Source: an uncultured cyanobacterium
GTDB lineage: Bacteria > Cyanobacteriota > Cyanobacteriia > Cyanobacteriales > Cyanobacteriaceae
DNA length: 64,000 nucleotides
Assembly (NCBI GenBank): GCA_963710605.1
Contig: CAVQBA010000006.1
Location: 882,440 to 946,439 of the forward strand
Direction of reading: 5' to 3'
This document shows, in pieces, positions 42,188-53,140 of this stretch. How positions within the stretch are numbered: the stretch's first letter is position 1; every line of letters begins with the position of its first letter. A program made the translations under genes and the position numbers. The notes under the pieces were generated by a model. It did no database searches and was not told the origin of the DNA. It worked only from the letters and a program-made list of their open reading frames with translations.

Positions 42188-42448
42188 TCATTTTCGATAA
42201 GCGTCTCGACGATGACGACAACTTAATAAAATAACCACTTTTTCTGAATCATTAATTTCGTAACGTATCCGATAATTACTAATTCTAATACGATACTCAT
42301 TGTTAAAACCTTTGAGTTTTTTGACACCTGTAGGGCGAGGATTTTTTTGTAAGTCAAATATTTTGGGGAGAATTTTAGAATAAATTTCTGAAGGTAATTG
42401 TTTTAATTGTTTTTGTACTGGTTTAGGAATAACAATTTGATAACTCAT
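42188..42448 (-). CDS. RelE/ParE family toxin
   Basis: NPRPTGVKKLKG, YRIRISNYRIRYEI, HRRDAY. Confidence 0.92.
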   Translation of the reverse strand: MSYQIVIPKPVQKQLKQLPSEIYSKILPKIFDLQKNPRPTGVKKLKGFNNEYRIRISNYRIRYEINDSEKVVILLSCRHRRDAYRK

Positions 42449-42460
42449 CAGTTTTCAATC

Positions 42461-42688
42461 TTACGAATTATGCATAAATTCCTCTAAAGTTTGATAATCT
42501 CCTCGTCGATAAGCTTCTTTAGAGGCTAAAACTTCAGCTATTATTTCTTCACTGTTTTCCCATTCATCTTCTACTATTTCAATTTGATTTTCTAGTATTT
42601 CTAATAATTCTTGTTGTCGAGATATTTCTAATGATTTAACTGCTTCAACCAAAGTTTCAAAAGGAATAGGAATATTTACAGTTGTCAT
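42461..42688 (-). CDS. Putative antitoxin
   Basis: Small acidic protein 12 bp upstream of the toxin, ending AYRRGDYQTLEEF. Confidence 0.8.
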   Translation of the reverse strand: MTTVNIPIPFETLVEAVKSLEISRQQELLEILENQIEIVEDEWENSEEIIAEVLASKEAYRRGDYQTLEEFMHNS

Positions 42689-42917
42689 AACTATATTTAA
42701 AGATTAATTATATTATCAGTTTAACAATATTTTAGTTTGAAGCGATCGAGTTTTTAGTTACTACTGTGCGATCGTCTAATTAACATCACCGACTCAATTT
42801 TTAATAGTAATAAAAAGGATATTGTTATTCAACAGTCTCAAATATTAATTTTACCAACTTCAAATATTTTATAGTACAATAAAACTAGTTAATTTGTTCT
42901 GTTTTTTGTTTTGATTT

Positions 42918-44108
42918 ATGAATCGATTTAGCCGAGAAGTTACAGAAGTATTGAAGTTAAGAGAATGTCAATCTTATTTTGATAAAAATACAGGAGAAAA
43001 ATTATCATTATCTTTTGAACCATATTCATTATCTATCAAGAATATATCTATTCGATTAGATGGTGTGCCTTTGTTGAAGAATAAAAGTAATGGAAATATT
43101 TGCTTTCCAGATAAAACCAAAAAAATTATTTTTGATACTATTGAAGAGATGAAAAAAATAAATAAGGAGCAAGTTACAATTAAGCCAAGACAATTAGAAG
43201 ATAAAAGATATGATTATGCTAAAAAAATTAGTTTTTTATACTCATCTATTGATTACGAATATATACCTGGTTTAATCAGATTGAATGATGGTTTTCTTGT
43301 CCCTGTTTACTTTAACATTTCTGTATTGAATAAATATTCTCAACATCCTGATTATAAATTAAATTTATCTTCAGAGACATATGGAAATATTTCCTATAAA
43401 CAAGATTGGGAAATTTCATTTGGTATTAATAATAATAAAAAAGTAATTATTTGGTTAGGCGATATAGATACTTTGCCAGAAAGCGAACAGTATTATTTAC
43501 GTTCTGAAAATATCGACTCAGATCATGATATTCATTCTGAATTTTATGATGCTCAAATAGAACTTCAATTTTCTCAACCATCTAAACAAACCACTGCATT
43601 TCATTTACGAGACGAACTTAACAAGAAAATATTATCTTCTCTCAACTTTGATTTGTATATGTTAGAGGGAGAAGTAAGTGAAATATTTAAAAATCTCAAT
43701 CGTCCTATTTTTTGGGAGGAAAAACACGTAAAACCAGTTATTGAGTCATTAAATAGAATTTTTGTAGAAAGCTTTAATATAAAAGCTGTAAAAGAAGATC
43801 TCAAATCAATTGATGAGAATATTAAAATTAAAAGTTTGGGTTCTAATAAAATTTTTCAATTATGGTTACAACATAGATTAAAGATTGAAAATTCTAGTGA
43901 TTTGATATGTCCCTTTTTCGTTTTATATGATTTTAGAGTAGCAACGAATCATTTACAGTCGTCAGCTAAAAAAGAAGAAATGATGACAGGTATAAATAAG
44001 CGTTTAAACCTTGATGAAAATAATGAAAATTATGAAGTGATTTATGATGCTTTAATTGAAATGTTGGTATCATCTTATTCTGAAATTATTAGCCACGTGA
44101 AAATGTAA
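42918..44108 (+). CDS. Hypothetical protein (396 aa)
   Basis: Long, very AT-rich ORF with no confident family. No CGATCG site seen. Confidence 0.75.
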   Translation: MNRFSREVTEVLKLRECQSYFDKNTGEKLSLSFEPYSLSIKNISIRLDGVPLLKNKSNGNICFPDKTKKIIFDTIEEMKKINKEQVTIKPRQLEDKRYDYAKKISFLYSSIDYEYIPGLIRLNDGFLVPVYFNISVLNKYSQHPDYKLNLSSETYGNISYKQDWEISFGINNNKKVIIWLGDIDTLPESEQYYLRSENIDSDHDIHSEFYDAQIELQFSQPSKQTTAFHLRDELNKKILSSLNFDLYMLEGEVSEIFKNLNRPIFWEEKHVKPVIESLNRIFVESFNIKAVKEDLKSIDENIKIKSLGSNKIFQLWLQHRLKIENSSDLICPFFVLYDFRVATNHLQSSAKKEEMMTGINKRLNLDENNENYEVIYDALIEMLVSSYSEIISHVKM

Positions 44109-44213
44109 ATAAACTCGATTGTGTGATACTTACTTATTTATCACTGTTCGGTATCACCGATTATTGCTAGTAATACTTGGGTTTATGTTATCAACGATCG
44201 AAAACTATTCTTT

Positions 44214-45935
44214 TTAATCAACGTTTTTAAAACTAAACTCGTCAAACTTCACTACCTCAGAATCTGGTTGTTGAGTATCAAAACGATAACTACTTACCGT
44301 ACTAGTTTGTGTCTCCAAAATACTAAAAACAGTTATGTCATTACTAGCTATGTAAGGCAAATCCTTACCTCGATCGTCTTGTAAAGGGGCAATATTAGGT
44401 ACAATAGGTTCTAAGCCATTAGGATCGCCTATCAGTTTATAATTAGGATTATCCGCTGGTGCTTTGCGTAAATTAGCATCGAGATGAGCGCCGTAACTAT
44501 TACCGACATTAGAAGATTCGAGAAAATGTAACCCGCTGGGGCTAACAAAACGATTCCACAAATGAGAATGCCCGTAATAAACTAATTGTACTTCTGCTTC
44601 TTCTAGTAAGGGAATTAAATCTCGAATAATATAATCTCGATCGATCGAATAGTCATAATTAACCGAAGTAATTTTACCATTTTCGCCCTTGTTGATCATC
44701 ATTTGAGGGTTAGTATATGGCGGTACGATATTACTTCCTAAAGTATGCGGTGGGTGATGAAACATGACAATTTTATATTTAGCTTCTTGAAATTGTTCGC
44801 TGTCTAATTCATCTTTTAACCAGTTATATTGCTCGCTATCTTTACTTATCGGTTCAAATATATGTTGCCCGTAACCCCATTTTTCGGGCGAATCTAAATC
44901 TTCAATGCTTTCTTGATACCTACCTTTTACTGTTGGTTTTGTTGATGGCGATCGCCATATATTAGTAACATAAAGTACAACTAAACGAATATTACCAAAG
45001 CTGACAGCATAATATTTTTCTCTTCCTGTTTTATTTTGAGGAAGACTAAATATCTCTTCATAGGTATCGGTATTAAAAGAATTGTTTTTAATCTCTTCTT
45101 GATCTTTTTCTGTGAATAGTTTTTGGGTAACATCACGAGGTATGGCATCTGTAAACTGAAATTTGAGCGGTTGAGTGGTAGAAAATCTACCCATAACTTC
45201 ATGATTGCCTATAGTAGGAAATAAGGGTGTATGTTGAATTATTTCGCCACCATGATAAACGTTTTCACCTAATTGATAATTTCCTTTACCTTGTAATGCA
45301 GGAAAGAAAGCACCACCTCGATTATCATCAAACCATTCGGAGGCTCGATCGGGTATATTAATTAAATCACCAGCTAAAAAAACCGCATCAGGGATACCGA
45401 CTGTTTCGACTACTTTTTGTAAGTTAGCTGTCGTCATCGGCATTAATTGATGATCTGATGTTAATAATATCTTTAATGGTCGATCGATTGTCGGATTTGT
45501 GGTTAAGGAAAAAGTTTTACTAGTAATTGGTTGTTGTTGATTAATACTAGTAACTTGATAAGGAATACGTTGATTTGGTTGTAAGTTTTTAATAATAGCT
45601 TCGTGTCGCCAAATATCTCGTGGGGTAGTTTTATCATACTCAGTTTTGACATATGAGTTTTTGTCTTCTCTAGTACGACTGAGTTTTGTTGTTATAGCTT
45701 CTACGGTTTGAGTTAGATTTTCACCATAACTAACATACGATCGATCGCCTTTAAATTCAGTAAACCAAACCACATTAACTGAATTATTTGTCGGTAATTG
45801 CAAAAAAGGATCGCTTAAAAGATGAGATGATGTAGTTGTCATATCAAATGCCATAGAAGAAAAATTGCCTAGATAAATAATCAAGCAACAAGACAAAAAA
45901 AAGATTAATATTTGTTTTCTAGTAAATTCAAACAC
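44214..45935 (-). CDS. Exported metallophosphoesterase (purple acid phosphatase-like, FN3-like N-domain)
   Basis: SDHQ, AGDL, GNHE, FHHP, GHSH metal-binding motifs; N-terminal signal/TM. Confidence 0.9.
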   Translation of the reverse strand: MFEFTRKQILIFFLSCCLIIYLGNFSSMAFDMTTTSSHLLSDPFLQLPTNNSVNVVWFTEFKGDRSYVSYGENLTQTVEAITTKLSRTREDKNSYVKTEYDKTTPRDIWRHEAIIKNLQPNQRIPYQVTSINQQQPITSKTFSLTTNPTIDRPLKILLTSDHQLMPMTTANLQKVVETVGIPDAVFLAGDLINIPDRASEWFDDNRGGAFFPALQGKGNYQLGENVYHGGEIIQHTPLFPTIGNHEVMGRFSTTQPLKFQFTDAIPRDVTQKLFTEKDQEEIKNNSFNTDTYEEIFSLPQNKTGREKYYAVSFGNIRLVVLYVTNIWRSPSTKPTVKGRYQESIEDLDSPEKWGYGQHIFEPISKDSEQYNWLKDELDSEQFQEAKYKIVMFHHPPHTLGSNIVPPYTNPQMMINKGENGKITSVNYDYSIDRDYIIRDLIPLLEEAEVQLVYYGHSHLWNRFVSPSGLHFLESSNVGNSYGAHLDANLRKAPADNPNYKLIGDPNGLEPIVPNIAPLQDDRGKDLPYIASNDITVFSILETQTSTVSSYRFDTQQPDSEVVKFDEFSFKNVD

Positions 45936-45995
45936 AATAGCGAACCGTTAATTAATGCAAATTCAATTATTAATTATTAATTATCAATTAAAAAA

Positions 45996-47336
45996 CTAGG
46001 TTTGTAAACGAGCAACGATCGAATCGGCTTCGGCTTGAGCGATAATTTCAGCGATGACAGTATCAACACCACTACTTCCCCACGTACATCCATTTTCTAG
46101 GTAAGTTTGAGCCATTTTACCAACGATATAAGAACCATAACTAGCGATCGCTCCTTGAGTTAAAGCACTAGTTGCCAAAGTGGTAAAACCGGCGGGGTTA
46201 TCCCATAAACTACCAACAGCGATCGTTGTTTTAGCGATACTAAACATCACCATTGAAGCTAATTCACTAAGAAACAAACTACCCGAACTTTTAACTATCG
46301 CCTTCCACAGTTTTCCTGCTTCATAACTAGTAATTGGTAAACCATAAAGTCTGGCTAAAGAGCGAATCATGGTCAAATCGGTAATCAAACCGCTGATTAA
46401 ATCCAAGAAAACGATCGGGTTTACAGCCACGACTAAAGCTTTGTATTTTGCGTATCGCCAAATAATTTCCTCTGCTTCTTTTTGTCTTATCGCTACAGTT
46501 TTATGAGCAATATTTTGTTGGGCTGTTTTTGCTTGAGTTAAAGAATTAAGGGCAAGTAAAGCCTTACCTTCTCGGTTGAGAATTTGTAAAATCTTGTCCT
46601 GTAAAGCCGTAATTTGTGGCGGTGGATATTCTAAATCTGATTGTATTGAGCCGTCTGCTAATTCTATCCTAACAGGTATTGCTTGAGGCTCAGCCGCTAT
46701 CATGACTATTTCATCAGGAGTAAACAAAGGTTTGTTAGTTTGATTACTTAACTGTTGTAGTTGTTGATAGATAGTTTGGCGATCGATTTCAGGATACAAA
46801 TCTATTTTATTAAAAACCAAAATTAGCGGTTTATTAGCTTTACGTAATTCTAATAACGCCAAATATTCAGTACGGGTAATATCACCGGCAATCACAAATA
46901 AAATTAAATCACTTTGCTGACTAATTTCTTTTGCCATATTAGCCCTAGCTTCACCTTCAATTTCATCCAAACCGGGAGTATCAATTAACTCCACCTGTAT
47001 TTTACCGCTAGTAGGTGTCCAGCGAATCGATTTGGGCCACTTAGTAACACCATTTACAGGGCCAGTCGTGAGGATTTTTTGCCCCATCAAAGCATTGATA
47101 ACTGTTGATTTACCACGGCTAACTAAACCAAAGGCGGAGATTTTAATCAATTGTTGGTCAAGTTTTTCGGCGGCGGTTTTAAGCGATCGTAAATCATCTC
47201 TAACTGCTAACTGTAAATCCGCATTAGGAGGATAATTCCAATGACGACGATTACTAGAATACCAAGAAATTGATTGTTGTAAACTAGTACGGGCTAAAGA
47301 AAATAAAGTCGTGACTGAAGAAAGTTGAGATTTCAT
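45996..47336 (-). CDS. GTP-binding protein with DUF697 domain
   Basis: GLVSRGKS, DTPG, NKID. ATG at 47336; the longer ORF start lies in a heptamer repeat. Confidence 0.9.
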   Translation of the reverse strand: MKSQLSSVTTLFSLARTSLQQSISWYSSNRRHWNYPPNADLQLAVRDDLRSLKTAAEKLDQQLIKISAFGLVSRGKSTVINALMGQKILTTGPVNGVTKWPKSIRWTPTSGKIQVELIDTPGLDEIEGEARANMAKEISQQSDLILFVIAGDITRTEYLALLELRKANKPLILVFNKIDLYPEIDRQTIYQQLQQLSNQTNKPLFTPDEIVMIAAEPQAIPVRIELADGSIQSDLEYPPPQITALQDKILQILNREGKALLALNSLTQAKTAQQNIAHKTVAIRQKEAEEIIWRYAKYKALVVAVNPIVFLDLISGLITDLTMIRSLARLYGLPITSYEAGKLWKAIVKSSGSLFLSELASMVMFSIAKTTIAVGSLWDNPAGFTTLATSALTQGAIASYGSYIVGKMAQTYLENGCTWGSSGVDTVIAEIIAQAEADSIVARLQT

Positions 47337-47718
47337 CTTGGGTAGTAAAGCAATTGACAATTGACAATTGACAATTGACAATAATTTTTTCACTGAACAA
47401 TAACTAGAATAACAAATGATAATCAATAATTATCAAAGAAAGAATGAAAGATATATTTAAGAATTGAGAATTGTAATAATAGTTGATCTGATATAACGTT
47501 ACGTTATATCGGTTGGTAATTGGAATTTGTTAAGCATATTCTAACAAAACAAAAAGCCCTCACTTTCATGAGAAGCTTTTAATGACGATGTTCAAAAACA
47601 AAAAATTTTTCTTTACAGACTTCGATCGAAGTTTAAATACTTACTTAGCCAAGTCTGAATATAAACAATTGTTTCAACGATCGTATAAAGTTATTATTAC
47701 TAATATATAATTTCTAAA

Positions 47719-47835
47719 TTAGTCTAAATCTTGACGACCTGGGTTACGAGCAGGATCACCAGAAAGGAAACCAAAGATAAAGATTAAAAGAAAAGCACCA
47801 ACAACGACGTTTACAGCAATTTTTAAAGTTCCCAT
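47719..47835 (-). CDS. psbI: Photosystem II reaction centre protein I (38 aa; missing from the ORF track)
   Basis: [38 protein letters not shown], with GGAG upstream. Confidence 0.95.
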   Translation of the reverse strand: MGTLKIAVNVVVGAFLLIFIFGFLSGDPARNPGRQDLD

Positions 47836-48015
47836 ATTATTTTTTATCTACTCCGATTTATTTAATTATTGATATATTCTACCGCAAACTAGGACTGTTA
47901 CAGTGATAATTTATAATTAACAAGGGCGATTAAGTTAAAAACTCGGTTATTTTTGTTGTGATTGTCGCTAATTGATCGATGTTATTATCGATCGTAATAT
48001 TTATCGTTTCATTAT

Positions 48016-48145
48016 TAAGTAGCCCCAATTAATTAAACGTCAGAAAGATTAAGTTCGTAGTATGGGCTTAAGCCATTATTTCAATAGCTTTTGAGACCCC
48101 TAAAGGGGTAACTACAAACTTTCTTTTATTTAGGTAAAGCTACTA
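48016..48145. repeat. ~130-bp dispersed MITE-like repeat, copy 2
   Basis: Aligns end to end with 2535-2661. Confidence 0.8.
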
Positions 48146-48413
48146 CTTATGCTGATTATTTTATCTTGATTTCTTCGGAATATGACATACTGAGGATACA
48201 GTTATTTAAAATCAGAACGAAACAATTTTTGGGAATCGAAAATCTTAGTTTAAACTTCGACTTCGCTCAGTTTGAAATTTATTAAAAGCTCTTTGTGTTA
48301 GCCTTGCAATGGTAATTTCTCGGCAGGTTTAATATTCAAGTTTTTCTTTTTTCGACAAACATTAATGTCTCAAGCTGATTAAAACAAGACAATAATTCTC
48401 AGTAATCTTCTTT

Positions 48414-48599
48414 TTAGTCGAGAATAAACGATCGATACTTCCAACACAACATAGTATTATCCTCTTCTTCTAATCCTTCTAAGATAATTTCGCTATAACC
48501 AATAATTGCATTGACTGGTGTTTTTAACTCCTGTTGTATATAAGATAGCCAGTTATAATTGGTTGATAATGTTGAGTCACTCATTGTTTTTTTATTCAA
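48414..48599 (-). pseudogene. Histidine kinase HisKA-like fragment
   Basis: LSYIQQELKTPVNAIIGYSEIILE is an H-box-like segment with Q at the usual His position. The ORF stops after 61 aa. Confidence 0.6.
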
Positions 48600-48650
48600 A
48601 GAGTATTTATTCGGGAAAAGAAATCGAAAATTTGCTTATTGTTATTATGA

Positions 48651-50258
48651 TTATCTCAGCATCAGCAAATCACGATCGTCTTTTAACTGAGTATAAAACA
48701 CACAAAGTAAATCTTTTACCTGAGGATTCCCAGCAGATGCACCTGTTGCACCCATCGCAATGATGACTCCACAATATGGTTGTTTTTTGTCAACTTGTTT
48801 TTTCCAAGAAGCAATGTTATCTAGAGAATATACGTCTGAATAATCATTAAAAATCTCGGCAAAAAGATATAAGTTGTTATCTCCACTTTGTAATATTCCT
48901 AAATCATACTTTTCATTTTCGGTGGTATCATGACCTTGAGCAAAGACAATTTTGGCTATTCCTTCGTGTGTTTGTAACTGAGAAATTAAATTTTTGGCTT
49001 TAGAGCGAGTTGTTTGTAATATGATGACAGGAAAATTCGGGTTTTTTTTAATTTGTTGTTGAAGACGATCGATTTGCCCAGAAGATAAGCCACTATTAAA
49101 ATGATTTTGGATTAATTGTAGTCGATCGTTAGTTATATTTTGAAAAATAACAAAAGTGCCTTTAGGAATCAACTCAGTATCAATTAATAAACTATCATCA
49201 TTTTCATCTAGCTCAGAATCCCACATTTTTTCTAAATCTTGGGTAAATTCGGGCATAGTTGTTAGATCGACATTGAGATAAGATTTTTGTAAAGGAATTT
49301 TTAATTTATACTTTCGATTAATAACAGGTTGAGTTTCTTGTAATAATTCCTCATCAAATTCATTAATAAATTTATCTAACGCTTTTAATGCTAAATAAAT
49401 TGGTAATACCTCTTCTGTTTCTTTAATCGAGCGAACACCTTCGTAAGGATGAATACTACCAAAAATGGGTTTGACTCCTTGAAATAAAGCTTTAGGATTA
49501 TAAGTTAATTCGTTTTCTTCTGGTTCGGAAAAATTAAGAAACCAACAATCTTGTTGCAAAAAAGCTTCTTCTAATGAAACATCTTCAGGAGATTCTCCTA
49601 AGTCAATCATCGTTTGCCGAAAGTTTTTTAATGATTCAATAGAGCGATATAATAGTATTCCAAATTCTTGCCCTAACATTCCCATTACGCAAATATAGAG
49701 ACTTTCAATACCCCAGTTATTGATTGTAATTTTAATAATTTCTTCTTCGGAAATAATATCCCAAGGTTGATTTTCCCAAACAGAAGATAAAGCTAAGTTT
49801 TCTAGTTGTGATAATAATTTACTTGAAATACTACTTTCGTTTTCCTGTCGAAGTGTATGAAAATTATGCCATAGTTCGTTGATAACTGGTAAATTCGGTT
49901 GATAATCAACTTTAATATCTAAGTTTTGTAATACTCCTCGCAGTAAAAATTGTAACTCACGGTTTTTAACTACTATTTTATGAGGGCGAGCTGGTTGTGC
50001 TGGATTTTGGGGATTTTCGATCGCTTTAATTAAGGCTCTAACCATGGCTTCTTGCCCCATATTAGAGGGAACTATATCCATTGAGCGTACCATACCATCA
50101 GAGGCATCTAACCACACTATACAATCGCTTTGCTCTGCGGTATCTGGTTCTATATTTTCCATAATTCCTAGCACCGAAAGGCGATCGCCTTCCCAAATAT
50201 GAGGAATTTTAGCTAAACGTTGTAACCGATTTTGTGTACTTGTAGGTAATGAGGTCAC
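48651..50258 (-). CDS. Conserved cyanobacterial hypothetical protein
   Basis: 535-aa ORF (WEGDR, VRSMD, MGMLGQEFGILLYRS, GSIHPYEG, AMGATGAS.GNP). Confidence 0.85.
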   Translation of the reverse strand: MTSLPTSTQNRLQRLAKIPHIWEGDRLSVLGIMENIEPDTAEQSDCIVWLDASDGMVRSMDIVPSNMGQEAMVRALIKAIENPQNPAQPARPHKIVVKNRELQFLLRGVLQNLDIKVDYQPNLPVINELWHNFHTLRQENESSISSKLLSQLENLALSSVWENQPWDIISEEEIIKITINNWGIESLYICVMGMLGQEFGILLYRSIESLKNFRQTMIDLGESPEDVSLEEAFLQQDCWFLNFSEPEENELTYNPKALFQGVKPIFGSIHPYEGVRSIKETEEVLPIYLALKALDKFINEFDEELLQETQPVINRKYKLKIPLQKSYLNVDLTTMPEFTQDLEKMWDSELDENDDSLLIDTELIPKGTFVIFQNITNDRLQLIQNHFNSGLSSGQIDRLQQQIKKNPNFPVIILQTTRSKAKNLISQLQTHEGIAKIVFAQGHDTTENEKYDLGILQSGDNNLYLFAEIFNDYSDVYSLDNIASWKKQVDKKQPYCGVIIAMGATGASAGNPQVKDLLCVFYTQLKDDRDLLMLR

Positions 50259-50327
50259 TTTTGATAGTTGATAGTTGATGGTTGATGGTTGATAGTTAAT
50301 AAGTAAAAATTATTAATTATTATCTGT

Positions 50328-51971
50328 TCACTGTTTAGTATTAATCATACTCATTGATTGCATTTGATTGTTACTAAGTAAAATACCATATTCTATTCCC
50401 TCTACTACTGCTTGATAAGAAGCATCAAGAATATTAGAAGATACACCTAATGTTGTCCATCTTTGTTCACCATCACTAGATTCAACCAAAACTCTTGTTT
50501 TAGCTTCTGTACCTGCTGTACCATCAAGTATCCTGACTTTGTAATCGGTTAGGTGGAATTTGGCTATTTGAGGGTAAAACTGTACTAAGGCTTTTCTTAA
50601 GGCTTTGTCTAAAGCACTAACAGGACCATTTCCTTCGGCGACTTCTAATAATTCTTGTTCATCTACCACAATCTTAATTGTCGCTAGGGCATTACTATCT
50701 AGCATTTGTTTAGTTAGTAATATATCTGAATGAACTTGAAACCCTTTAATCTTAAATAACTGCTCTCGTTGATTTAATGCTGATAACATCAAGAGTTTAA
50801 AACTTGCTTCGGCGGCTTCAAATTGATAACCTTGATTTTCTAATTCTTTGAGTTTTTGCAATATATCTCGACAAACACGATCGTTTTTATCTAATTCAAT
50901 CCCTAAACTTTTGGCTTTGGAAATCACATTACTTAATCCTGATTGCTCAGAGACAACAATCCTTCTTTGGTTACCGATCGCTTCTGGTTTAATATGTTCG
51001 TAGGTAATCGGGTTACGTTGTACTGCCGATACGTGTATTCCGCCTTTATGAGCGAAAGCAGAACGCCCAACAAAAGGAGCATGATCATCTGGGGCTAAGT
51101 TAACTATTTCGCTAATTAAACGGCTATTAGGTGCTAATTGTTGGAGCTGAGAGCTTTCTAGACAATCATAACCTAGTTTAAGTTGTAAGTTAGGAATTAA
51201 AGTACAAAGATTAGCGTTGCCACATCTTTCGCCATAACCATTCATTGTACCTTGTACCATACTCACTCCTGATAATACCCCGGCGATCGCATTAGCTACT
51301 GCTGTACCGCTATCATTATGAGTATGGATACCTAATTTTGGCGTATTCTCGTCATCTAAATCAAGAGCAAGACGATCGACAACTTGAGAAACTATCGAGG
51401 TAATTTGATGAGGTAAAGTGCCGCCATTAGTATCACAAAAAACTAACCATTTAGCACCACCATCGATCGCCGCTTGTAATGTTAAAAGAGCATAATCAGG
51501 ATTAGCTAAATAACCATCAAACCAATGTTCGGCATCATAGATGACATTACGACCTTGAGAACGAAGATACTCGATCGTTTCACGGATCATTAACAAATTC
51601 TCTTCTAAAGACGTCTTTAAACCCTCTGTAACGTGTAAATCCCAAGATTTACCAAAAATTGTTACCCAATGAGTATTTGCTGTCAGAATCGCTTGAAGCA
51701 TCGGATCTGACTCTGCCAATTTATGGGGGCGACGAGTTGAGCAAAAAGCAACTACTTGAGCATGATGTAAAGGGGTTTCTTTTAATTGCCAAAAAAATTG
51801 GACATCTTTCGGGTTTGCCCCTGGCCAACCTCCTTCAATAAAAGGTACACCCATTTGATCTAGTTTTTGGGCGATCGCTAATTTATCACTTAAAGACAAA
51901 GCAATTCCTTCTCTTTGCGCCCCGTCTCTTAAAGTTGTATCGTATAACCAGATTTTTTTTGGCTCGCTCAT
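50328..51971 (-). CDS. cimA: Citramalate synthase (LeuA/CimA family)
   Basis: DTTLRDGAQ, IEGGWPGANPKD, YDAEHWFDG, HTHND, GYGERCGNA, AFAHKGGIH, GNGPV.ALD. Confidence 0.92.
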   Translation of the reverse strand: MSEPKKIWLYDTTLRDGAQREGIALSLSDKLAIAQKLDQMGVPFIEGGWPGANPKDVQFFWQLKETPLHHAQVVAFCSTRRPHKLAESDPMLQAILTANTHWVTIFGKSWDLHVTEGLKTSLEENLLMIRETIEYLRSQGRNVIYDAEHWFDGYLANPDYALLTLQAAIDGGAKWLVFCDTNGGTLPHQITSIVSQVVDRLALDLDDENTPKLGIHTHNDSGTAVANAIAGVLSGVSMVQGTMNGYGERCGNANLCTLIPNLQLKLGYDCLESSQLQQLAPNSRLISEIVNLAPDDHAPFVGRSAFAHKGGIHVSAVQRNPITYEHIKPEAIGNQRRIVVSEQSGLSNVISKAKSLGIELDKNDRVCRDILQKLKELENQGYQFEAAEASFKLLMLSALNQREQLFKIKGFQVHSDILLTKQMLDSNALATIKIVVDEQELLEVAEGNGPVSALDKALRKALVQFYPQIAKFHLTDYKVRILDGTAGTEAKTRVLVESSDGEQRWTTLGVSSNILDASYQAVVEGIEYGILLSNNQMQSMSMINTKQ

Positions 51972-52100
51972 AGCTATGATTAATAATTGAGAATTGTTCA
52001 GTAAGAGAATTGATTATCGTAATTTATTTGGGTAAAAATATTTACACGCCCTAGCGATCGTTTTTAAACAGATCAAATTTAGTTGAATAATTATCTATTA

Positions 52101-53129
52101 TCAGTCAGTTTTTAATTTTTTGACGACTTTGTAAATTTCAGGTAACTTTTTATAGATTGTGGAAACTCTGAGATAAAGTTTATGAGCAATAGCGGGTGTG
52201 CCTGAAACCATTTCCCCCGGATTGATATTTCTATGTATTCCTGTTTGAGCAGAAGCGATCGCACCATCGCCAATATGAGCTTGATTGGCTACTCCTACTT
52301 GTCCTGCTAAAATTACTCTATTACCAATTTTTACTCCTCCTGCTAAGCCAACTTGACCTGCTAAAGCACAGTTTTCACCGATTTGACAATTATGCCCGAT
52401 ATGGACTAAATTATCCAGTTTGGTATTTTTACCAATTTTAGTTGTACCTACAGCAGGACGATCGACAGTACTATTACAACCGACTTCTACGCCATCTTCT
52501 AAAATTACGAATCCTGACTGGGGCATTTTGTACCAACCTTCAGGAATAGGCACAAAACCAAAACCCTCACCACCAATAACCGCTCCACTATGAATTACAC
52601 AATCGGCTCCGATTTGAGTTCGTTCTTCAATGGTACAATTGCTATGAAGTAGAGTACGATCGCCGATGGTTACTTGAGGATATACCACCGCATTAGGATA
52701 AATACAGACATCATCACCAATTTTAACACCCGCTTCGATGACCACATTAGCACCGATGGCAACATTGTTACCTAAAACTACATCATCAGCAATAACAGCC
52801 TTAGGATGAATTTGAGGTGAGAGTTCGTAAGCTTGATAAAATAAATTGATTGCCTGAGCAAAAGTCAAACGTGGTGAAGGGGTAGATAACCAAGCAATTC
52901 CTCGATTAGTTGCTTGTTCTTGTAGATTGTTATCTAATGGTAAAATAAGAGCAGAAGCGGTAGTTAGTTCTACCTTTTTCGCAAAACGATCGCCCTCGAC
53001 ATAGCTTAACTGATTAAAAGTTGCTTCATCAATGGGCATAATACTGTTTAATTCAGGATTAACCTCTGGATGAGAAGTTAAACTATGGACTTGAGGTGAT
53101 AATTGGTTAATAAGCTCACTAAATTTCAT
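52101..53129 (-). CDS. lpxD: UDP-3-O-acyl-glucosamine N-acyltransferase
   Basis: Hexapeptide repeats, [20 protein letters not shown]. Confidence 0.96.
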   Translation of the reverse strand: MKFSELINQLSPQVHSLTSHPEVNPELNSIMPIDEATFNQLSYVEGDRFAKKVELTTASALILPLDNNLQEQATNRGIAWLSTPSPRLTFAQAINLFYQAYELSPQIHPKAVIADDVVLGNNVAIGANVVIEAGVKIGDDVCIYPNAVVYPQVTIGDRTLLHSNCTIEERTQIGADCVIHSGAVIGGEGFGFVPIPEGWYKMPQSGFVILEDGVEVGCNSTVDRPAVGTTKIGKNTKLDNLVHIGHNCQIGENCALAGQVGLAGGVKIGNRVILAGQVGVANQAHIGDGAIASAQTGIHRNINPGEMVSGTPAIAHKLYLRVSTIYKKLPEIYKVVKKLKTD

Positions 53130-53140
53130 ACGATTAAACT

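Noticed and set aside
47337-47426. N-terminal extension of the DUF697 GTPase
   Set aside because: It derives from a (ATTGTCA)n repeat (LSIVNCQLSI); ATG 47336 is the better start.
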